Source of the DNA: Leucoraja ocellata
Lineage: Eukaryota
NCBI GenBank assembly: GCA_036785375.1
Contig: JAWMAR010000391.1
Location: 1,674,001 to 1,738,000 of the forward strand
Length of the DNA stretch: 64,000 nt
Direction: 5' to 3'
Shown piece by piece: positions 55,072 to 64,000 of the stretch. The notes under the pieces are model-generated. The model was not told the DNA's origin and did not search any database. It worked only from the letters and a program-made list of their open reading frames with translations. The first letter of the stretch is position 1. Every line of letters begins with the position of its first letter. The translations under genes and the position numbers were made by a program.

Positions 55072-58000
55072 CTGCTACTTGTTGTCTATACGCTTTGAAA
55101 GCAGCTTGCCTGAAGGTAGGTTTTATTCTAACTTTCTTTGCAGCTTCAGGAGGAGGTTCCTCTGGAGCAGTCTGATTTTCTTGACTTTCTGAACATTTTT
55201 CTGGAACAGCATCATTTTCTGCCTCTTCTAAGATTTCAGCTATAGGCTCTTCTGCCTTTTCTAAGATTTCAGCTATAGGCTCTTCTGCCTCTTCTAAGAT
55301 TTCAGATATAGGCTCTTCTGCCTCTTCTAAGATTTCAGCTATAAGCTCTTTTTCTTCATTAAGACTGCCGACATCATAAGAGCCCTCTTCACTGTCTTCA
55401 GCTACATCTGGGACAGTAAACTCTTCCAAAGGCTCCGGTGATAATGTCTGTTCATTACTTTCTTTATGAAATGTCTTATTTTCCAGTTTTGCAAGAACTT
55501 CCTCCATCACCTCAACATAATCCATTCCATGTTCTCCTGCTTGTTCACTGGACTCATCTTCCTCAGCTCTATAATAGTAAGGCTCATAATAAACATCAGA
55601 ATCAAGAGTAGTGCTTGATTCGCCTGCTGTAGATTGAGAAAAGGTCCTCAAACGATCCATAAAATTGCCTCTCACCTCTTCTTCACTCAAACTCTGGGTA
55701 CTTCTAGAGTCCATTTTATTCCAAACAACTTCCAAGGCAGATTTAGCACGTTGAAGTGATGATCCAAATTTCTGAAAACTGAATCCAGTATCTGAGAGAT
55801 CAATACTCAAGTGACTATGCCAGGATTTAGCAGGTGTCTCTGCTGGGTCATTGTCATTAGGTAGCTCACTCTGACTGTGACATCTTAGTGGAGATCTGTT
55901 TTGATACTGATAATAATCAGTAGAATACGAGTCATGATAGGGGTTATATGCATTTTCCCACTGATTTTGAGGTTCCCCATCAAAATCAATACATTCAGAA
56001 GTGTCAAATGTTGCCTCATATATTTCCTCCTCGTAGTCTTGGCCAGCAGCCTGATAATTTTCATCAAAATCTGTTGTGTAGCTCAAGACATTTTGCTCTG
56101 ATGGGCTATTTACTTCAGAAGCAAAGACATGCTGTGAAGTGCCTAGACCAGAGTCTGTGCCTTGTTCCAGATGCTGCCATTCTTTCCATGGCGAGAGGTC
56201 ACATTGCAAGGACAACTGAGAATCACTGTAATGGCTTCTCTCACCAGATGCACATATTAACCCATTGCTCATGCCACTATCAGCAGTTTCTGTCTTTTCC
56301 GCTTCTGTTTGTCGCATGTAATGTTGGTCTTCATAGTCATATGGTTGATTACTGGTATTAATCCAAGAGGATGCTCCTTCTTCTTTACCTCTTAACCAAA
56401 TATCCTTTTCTGAAGATGAAACAACCGAGGCACCATCTGCTCTGAGAAAGAACTGATTGTCTGAAAAATCTTCAGAGTATGATACTGACTGACAGAGCTT
56501 CGAAAAATCGGACTCTGAGTGACTGAGCTTAGTTGTGCAGCAATCACTCTGCAGCCACGTGGGTGAGAGCTCATTGTAGTAAGGCTCTGTCTGTTTCTGG
56601 GCGTCTTCAAGTGGAGGTGAATGTAAATTGTCAGCAGTACATAACTGCGTTGAATTTGAATATGAGCTACAAACAACAGTTCTGTCAACGTTAACAACAT
56701 TGTGAGATTCTGCTCCTAATTTTGAAGAGAGGAGTACTTTCTCAAAAACTGCTTTTGAACTAACTTCAAAACTGCGGCTGTGAAGGGCTTCCTCCAGGTC
56801 TTTGTCACTGGATGCTGATGATGCCCACTCACTGCCTCTCGGCTCCTCTTCAGCCGTCGTTAACTTCATATTCATACTTTCATAGGTCTGAGATTTTGGT
56901 GGAAGTGAAAATTCCTTTCTGTCATTTGGCTCATGAATTATCTCTGTGGAAATTCCAATGCCAGAACCTTTCAATTTATAACATTTTTTGAGAATTAAAT
57001 CTCTATTCTGTGGATTGTCAAAATACACAAGAATAGGGCGGGGCTTAGCACTGATACAGTCTCGCCTCTGCCCCAGTCTATGGGCAAGTTCAATCTGAAC
57101 AGTTTGTCGTGCATCCGTAAGCCCTAACTTGTCTTCTATAATTGCATAAATTATATTTTCAGTATTCTCGTGCACATCTTCTGGTACATTAATAAATCTT
57201 AGGTTTACACAGTTTCCTTGATAGTTAATTTGTCTAATATAGTCATGGATATCTCTGGTTTCTCTTCTGGACTGTACAAATCCAGAGCGTAACTGCTCAA
57301 TTTCAGTTTGCACCACTTCCACACTTGTGGAAATTTCATCAATGGACTGTTTCAGAGCATTCACATGCCCACGCAGCTCACACAGCTCAGTTTCTATTTG
57401 ACTTATTCCTTGAAGTTCCTTAAAGATCATTTCCATTACATCGTGAGTCTGACTGATGCAGCCAGTTGAACTGAATGTTGGTTCTAGTCCACTCTTCTGC
57501 TGCAAGCGCCCAGTTCTGTCCAAAGATTTGCTCCTGAAACCAAGAGACTTTTTCCAAGTACTCATTTCTGTCTCTGAGGAAATACACTCTTGACTTTTCT
57601 TCCATTTGCGAAGTTTACGTAACGCACCTAGTCGTAGTATTGTACGATCCGTATCCGCGCTTCCATCTGACGCAGCAAGGCTACTGACACTTTTCCTATT
57701 CCTTCTGACTGGCATAGTGTGAGACTTCTGCTCCTTCACCTTCTGAGAAATACTGACTTCATTCAATGATTCAGAGGCAGCACTACCAACTGACCAGACC
57801 ACCGGACCCTGTTTATCATTACTGGTAGAATTTAGTTTTCTTTCCAGTCCATTGGCTATGGCCACCCTGTAACTCAATGTGGGAGAAAGCGAATACTCTG
57901 CCCTTCCTTGCTCTTCATCCACGGACAAATTACGAGCAGATTGGCATTTTGCTAATCGTTTGACAGTGGTCTTCAAATTTGTGGAAAATTTTTGATTTTG

Positions 58001-58150
58001 AGCCTGATTTGCTTGCGAGTGCCTTAGTAATTTGTGGTCACTATTACTCTCCCTTTTTCTTGTTGTATTTGCTTGTTTCCTAGCAAACATTCCTTTGTAA
58101 AACTTTGCAATGTAAGCTTGGAGCAGATTCTTCAAAAGGGAAGCAACCAT
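55072..58150 (-). CDS. UNC13C: UNC13C (Munc13-3) giant first coding exon, CDS part (1026 codons + 1 nt), N-terminal region
   Basis: The 1042-aa ORF matches the recalled vertebrate UNC13C N-terminus (MVASLLK.., LSPTLSYRVAIANGL, HTMPVRRNRKS, HDVMEMIFKELQGISQIETEL, KSWHSHLSIDLSD, LQRAKSALEVVWNK, DYVEVMEEVLAKLEN). The true ATG is at 58150; the ORF track starts at an upstream TTG. Donor GCAG|GTACGA at 55072/55071, phase 1. Confidence 0.96.
55217..55348 (-). repeat. Coding tandem repeat, 4 x 33 bp (11-aa unit EPIAEILEEAE)
   Basis: The plus-strand unit ttctgcctcttctaagatttcagctataggctc occurs at 55217, 55250, 55283 and 55316, each with at most one mismatch to that unit. Confidence 0.95.
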
Positions 58151-58405
58151 AGGGAGGGGCAACAGGTATTATCGATTCCAGTCAGTTCCGTGGAACTTTG
58201 ATCAAGCGAATTACACATTTGCATATAACATTTTTGTACGTGGCATGAACAGCATATGTCGTATATCCCAGCAAGTAGATGATATTTATAGGATATAAAA
58301 TATTTAAGCAGATAACTGCCAGAAATAAGTCATAATGCTTTTGCATCTATAAGTCCTGCGGGATGGGCAATAGCACTGAACCAGCTGGATATCCCATGTC
58401 TGCCT
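58151..58405 (-). other. UNC13C: 5' UTR portion of the giant UNC13C exon (255 nt), with splice acceptor at 58405
   Basis: The minus strand reads ctaat-ttcttctttttttgtaacag|AGGCAGAC: branch point, polypyrimidine tract and AG. This implies an upstream non-coding exon that was not identified in the window. Confidence 0.75.
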
Positions 58406-60009
58406 CTGTTACAAAAAAAGAAGAAATTAGAATTGAACTACATGTGATCAATTGTTTTGTTAAAGTGAGCATCAATATATCATGTCAGCAAACCATCAAT
58501 GTATTACAAGCCAAATACATAAATATATATATGATTGACAAAATAATTTTTCAAGCTATATCTTGCAATAACAAACTCCAAAAGCTTGCAGAAATAAGTG
58601 AAATATAATTTGTACAAAAAAATAATTTTCTCTACGTTAGGAAATCATCTGTGAACAGACTGGTATTTCATTAATTGATCTTCCCCACCTTTGCCACATA
58701 AGATCAAATGCACAGGCTGCACTTACTAAAACTATTGCCAACATTGTGGCTCATTGAATGTAAGAATACCGTTGCAGAAATTAGGAATTCATTATGTTAA
58801 GTTCTCACATGAAATTCAAAAATAATTATTTACTCCCATTGCTACTTGCAAATTATATCATAACACAAAAGGCGATTCAGCGTTTTTTATTATTTTAGTT
58901 GTGTATTTTAACTTAGAATTACATATTTTCAACACATCGGGCATTTCCTCTGATCGCTCCATTACTGTAGTCTTACATAAAATGTTACAACAATATTCTC
59001 CTCAAAAATAAAATCAGTAAAATGCTTTAAGTTTCTATGGCGTGTAGTCAATTGCACAGCAAATCAATGATAGTTTTGTTTGCAGGCAATAGCACGAGGA
59101 AATTTAGTAGTCCAAGGTGGTGTGTGCCAAGCCCTTCCCTTAATGCCCAACACCATAACACAAGGCCTCGTCAGGGCTGAACCTGGAGTTTTGCATGAAT
59201 AACATGCTTGGGGGTTTGGAATTGGGCCTGGCGTGTAGAGAGGTGGAGAGATAAGGTTAGGAGCGAGGTCAGATTAAGCATTGAACACCTGTCCAGGAAC
59301 TGGGAAACCTTAGAAGAGATAGACAAAGGAGTCAACTGTAGATGGTTTTGCTGTGCAAAATTCAACTGCGTGGGACCAGCTCATGCAGGTCCACTTTAAA
59401 GCACATCCAAGCAGGCCTTGCACTTGGAGGTTCTTGGAGGTGTGAATAAAAATAAAATAAAACTGCCAGCCAGTTGCACACTGCACCACACTGGATGCTG
59501 CAAAGCTTATATGGATTCCTCCAGCATTAGTCAGGCAAGCAAATTACTAAACTGGAAGAAATATTGTGGATTTCATCCAATTCACAGCAAGCCTCCAATA
59601 TTTAGTTAAGGTTCCTTTTCATTAAAATCAAACCATGCAATGAACAATGATTTGGAGAAACTGTATGTTTATGCATTTTATGTTTAAGTGAGCGTCAATA
59701 TTTCATGTCAGCATGAAGAGTATATTTTTCGTACTTCATCATGCAAGATAATTTTCATTTTAATGAGTGATATTGATTGTATATTGATTATATAATGTCA
59801 AAGAGTTGAATTTGATTGAGAGTATATTCAAGTTATGGTCAGCCTTAAAAGTGATGATTTATTAACAAAAGTATGTCATTCAGAATCCTGTTTCGAACAA
59901 TCACAGCAATGTGGGAGTGGGGGGGAAGGGAAATTATAAATATGTTTTGGCTGGTGGAGTTATTGCCATGTATTCAGTCATATGGAAATTCAAGGTTTTC
60001 CTCTTTCAC

Positions 60010-60795
60010 TCTTGCGAAGTGGCGGCGCCTAACGGTAGCGGCTTGACTGCAGTAAGTCTGTCTTTTTTTAAATTTTTGACTCGTTAGATGTATGTTTTTG
60101 GTTCTAATTTTTATTATTTTTTAGCTGTGTATATGTGGGGGGGGTGGGGTGGGGAAAACCGTTTAATCTCTTCCCTGTACGGGGACCCGTTTTTCTCCCT
60201 GTCGGGTCTCCGGTGTCGTTGGGCCTAACATCCTGGAGCCGGCGGCGGCCTCCAACCAGAATCAACCTGAGGGCTCCAGTCGCGGAGCCTGTGGACTCGC
60301 CATCGCGGAGCTGGCCGACTTCGGAGCGGGGAGGGCTGTGGTGGCGCGCGGCTGCAACCCGACCGGAGCTTCGGAGGCTCCGGCCACAGGCCCGGTGGAC
60401 AGGAACATCAGGAGCTCACTGTCGCTGGTGGGAGAGTGCTTTTCAGAGCTCCTGCAATGGTAACTTCTCCCGCCAGAATCGCAGGGTTTAAATGACTCGG
60501 AGCGGGGCCTAACAGCACCCGGCGCGGCTTAAACGACCGCGGGATTTACCATCGCCTGCTGGGGGCTTTAACATCGTGAGCCCCAGTCGCCTTGATGCTG
60601 CAGTTGGACTGCTGGACCGCGGGAGAAGAATAAAGGGAAGAGATAAGACTTTTGTCTTCCATCACAATGACGAGGTGTTGGAGATTCACTGTGATGGATG
60701 TTTGTGTAAATTGTGTTAAGTGCGTGTCTTGGTTTTTTTTGTAATGTCATGACTGTAGGAATTAAATTTCATTCAAACCTTGTCTGAATGACAGT
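60010..60795 (+). repeat. Unclassified GC/CpG-rich interspersed repeat, probably a non-autonomous retroelement
   Basis: Sharp compositional boundaries. Starts gtggcggcgcctaacgg and ends with a T-rich stretch and tttcattcaaacc..tgaatgaca, resembling LINE-type 3' tails. No credible ORF. Confidence 0.45.
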
Positions 60796-61974
60796 AATGT
60801 CCCAGTAAAAAGGCAATTTGATGATCAAGTTCAAGATGATAAAGGTGAACATTTTAAATTGCAAAACTAAACATTCCATAATTTAATTAAGTGTATTTTG
60901 TAATTGTCACTTCTCCTATCCCATTTATGTCAACATTAATTTTAACATGATTGCCTAGTTATTTAACTCCAGTCAGTGACGTAAAAAACAACTCATTTTA
61001 ACATCAGCATGTTGCTCTCTGCCTCTGAATTTCATTCCACTTAAGTCACTACTGACCAGCGACTCATTTCTAGACACAATCCCCACAAAAAATATAGAAA
61101 TCCATTTTATTTAATTTTTCTTTTTTTCGATCACTCAATCTGAATTTTGGGGATTTAAATTCTTCCTGAAAGATATTAGTGGCTGATAAATAACTTTGAG
61201 TTACAGGTTTTGCCAATAAACCCAAACATTAGACTTCCAGATGAGACCATGTTCACCACCGATAACTAAATGACCTCAGTTCTTAATGCTAGACACTACA
61301 CTGGAAGGGTAAACTGACTGATACTAAAAGTAAAAAAGTGTTCCTAGAATCTCTTACTGTGATAAATTAAGAGAATGGCTTCCCTTAAAATAAAGCATAG
61401 CGTGTTCATCTGATAATAGTATTTTATCAGAAATCCTATTAACATTTAGAATTTGGCAAAATGTGGCAATATATTTAACAAAATATTACCACTAGCTTTA
61501 TAAAACCGTTCAAATTATGTCAAATATTCAATGTAGATATGGTAATGACAATTAATTGTGAATCCTCAGAAAGCCTTGACAGACGAGCTAGTAGTCTCCA
61601 CCCATTGTTAATTCACAACCAAAAGCTCAATATTCACAACTTTAGCAAATAATTCAGCTCCTCTTCATGAACCATTACAGATAGAACCTGTTCATTGGCG
61701 CTTTAATTATAACAGTGAATAATAACACCAGCAACAACTGGAAAACAGATAACAAATAATTTTCCTTCATTGAAAGTGCGAGTTTGAATATGACATTATT
61801 TGCAATTGTATTCGGGGGAAATGAGGCTAATAGGCTGATTTTATTGTATAAATGTAGCACTTCAGTAAGCTGTTCAATTGACAATTGAGTGCAGGTACAT
61901 GAATGTCAGATGCTTATGTTTAGGAAATGTGTCAATTGTTTGATCCTGGTGCAATCGACATGTTGAAAATGGAG

Positions 61975-62692
61975 ATGCAATGAGACCTGGGTGTCATGGT
62001 ACACCAGTCATTAAAAGTAGGCATGCAGGTGCAGCAGGCAGTGAAGATGGCGAATGATATGTTAGCATTCATAGCAAAAGGATTTGAGTATAGGAGCAGG
62101 GAGGTTCTACTGCAGTTGTACAGGGTCTTGATGAGACCACACCTGGAGTATTGCGTACAGTTTTGGTCTCCTAATCTGAGGAAAGACATTCTTGCCATAG
62201 AGGGAGTACAGAGAAGGTTCACCAGACTGATTCCTGGGATGTCAGGACTTATGAAGAAAGACTGGATAGACTCGGTTTGTACTCGCTAGAATTTAGAAGA
62301 TTGAGGGGGGATCTTATAGAAACTTACAAAATTCTTAAGGGGTTGGACAGGCTAGATGCAGGAAGATTGTTCCCGATGTTGGGGAAGTCCAGAACAAGGG
62401 GTCATAGTTTAAGGATAAGGGGGAAATCTTTTAGGACCGAGATGAGGAAAACTTTTTTCACACAGAGAGTGGTGAATCTCTGGAATTCTCTGCCGCAGAA
62501 GGTAGTTGAGGCCAGTTCATTGGCTATATTTAAGAGGGAGTTAGATGTGGCCCTTGTGGCTAAAGGGATCAGGGGGTATGGAGAGAAGGCAGGAACAGGA
62601 TATCCTCCATGATCATATTGAATGGCGATGCAGGCTCGAAGGGCCGAATGGCCTACTCCTGCACCTATTTTCTATGTTTCTATGTTTCTATG
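61975..62692 (+). mobile_element. Young CR1-type LINE 3' portion with (tttctatg)3 tail
   Basis: LQLYRVLMRPHLEYCVQFWSPNLRKDILAIEGVQRRFTRLIPG / RRLRGDLIETYKILKG..FFTQRVVNLWNSLP; one frameshift. Confidence 0.92.
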
Positions 62693-63774
62693 ATTGCATT
62701 TGTTATTGTGATGTTAATATTCAATTGGTCATGTGCCGTTAAATGCTTATATTAAACCCATAAGGAAAACGCCCCTCACTTCTAACTTCCAAAACAATGC
62801 TGATTAATTCAGCGAGAAGCCAGTTATACCTAAATTGGAGAATTCTTTGAAGGCAGTTTATTCTGCTGTATGATCAGCCAATGCTAAAGACTGCATCTTT
62901 GCTACAGAATGAGTATCGACAGATTCTTCTACTGCATAGTGCTGCGTCTTACTGATGAGGCAGGCATAGGCTAAAGCCAGGAACATAACTCAAGGTTGGA
63001 TATCAGGTAATTCCATTAAAGTTGAAACTTTTTTAAAGAACTTTCAACACTGGACAGTTCACATTGTTCTTAATAAAATCAAGAAACAATTGCAAAAGAA
63101 AAAACTGTCTTAATATAAAAATGTCTATATTGTGCACTTTTTTAATAATTGCAGCCTTTCTTAAAAATACCTGTGGAGCCTTGAACAAAAGTCCCAATTT
63201 GATTAAACTGCTTTTATGATAAGTAAATTCCATTTTACAATTACTTTAATGCACTATAAAAGCTGCATACAAAAAAATAACCTCCATTGCAATAACTAAA
63301 CTGTACCAACTGTGACAGTTTTTGTATATAATGAATTTAAACTACTTTATAAAGTATATTATAGCAAAACTAGTATGTGCTAAGATTTGGCTGATGTTGA
63401 AAGCCATAATCCATCATTGAGTTAAACACATAAATGCATATAAATGAAAAACAAACTTCTTCTGTGTTATGAAGCTGTCATTTGATTTACCTGCCTCAAT
63501 GTAATCTTGTTTAAGGTCCAGCGATAAACGTTTCTGGCACTAAGGAAATTTAAACGTTATAATTACAAAAATGAGTTATAAGCGCTATGCCATTCTGATG
63601 AAGGATCCCAGATCTGAAACAATAACTGTTTATCTTTCCAGGATACATCCTAATCTGCCGAGATCTTCCAGCACATTTCGTTTTTATTTCAGATTTCTCG
63701 CATCTACAGTCTTTTTTATCTTCATGTGCTGATTATAAGATATGGCCCAAGATTCTTACTTTCAATCCCATGCA

Positions 63775-64000
63775 TAGTTTAGTTAAAAACTGATTATTTA
63801 GTTTAGTATAGTTTAGTTTAATTATACAGCGCGGAAACAGGCCCTTAGGTGCACCGAGTCCGCACCGACCTGCGATCCCCACACATCAGCACTACCCTAC
63901 ACACACGAGGGACAATCTTACAATTACACCAAGCCAATTAACCTAAACCTGTACGTCTTTGGAATGTGGGAGGAAACCAATCTCGGGGAGAAAACCCATG
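63775..64000 (-). mobile_element. V-SINE 3' part with (tttag)n tail, running off the window
   Basis: tttagtttag..atacagcgcggaaacaggccc..gtctttggaatgtgggaggaaacc..aaaacccatg. Confidence 0.72.

Noticed and set aside
55217-55348. 33-bp repeats as a CRISPR-like array
   Set aside because: The units are contiguous with no spacers, lie in frame within a eukaryotic exon, and have no cas genes nearby.
55034-58162. 1042-aa ORF as a stand-alone single-exon gene or an intact LINE ORF1
   Set aside because: It has a phase-1 donor at 55072 that splices in frame through seven further exons into the Munc13 C1 domain. There is no adjacent ORF2/RT, tail or TSD, and the TTG start is upstream of the conserved ATG.

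Overview
Vertebrate genomic DNA. The repeat content (CR1-type LINEs, V-SINEs, Penelope-derived hairpins, Harbinger-like MITEs) suggests a cartilaginous fish, probably a skate or ray; this is inference only. The window holds the 5' part of the synaptic vesicle priming gene UNC13C (Munc13-3) on the minus strand. Eight coding exons splice in frame with canonical AG/GT sites: 58150-55072 (giant first coding exon, acceptor at 58405), 34300-34278 (23 nt), 33946-33882 (65 nt), 12074-11996 (79 nt), 10854-10849 (6-nt microexon), 8435-8364 (72 nt), 3175-2956 (C1 domain) and 1415-1188. The gene continues past position 1. The most striking observation is that the giant exon encodes a coiled coil followed by a domain that matches LINE-1 ORF1p (RRM plus the start of the CTD) motif by motif, which suggests an ancient domesticated retrotransposon RNA-binding module inside a Munc13 protein. 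The same exon has a young 4x33-bp acidic 11-mer repeat and two tandem uORFs. The introns contain a Penelope GIY-YIG fragment, fold-back elements with TSDs and degenerate hammerhead motifs, an LTR-less ERV pol/env segment nested in a CR1, MITEs, a Helitron-like 5' end and many LINE/SINE relics. No databases were searched; all homology calls come from recalled motifs.
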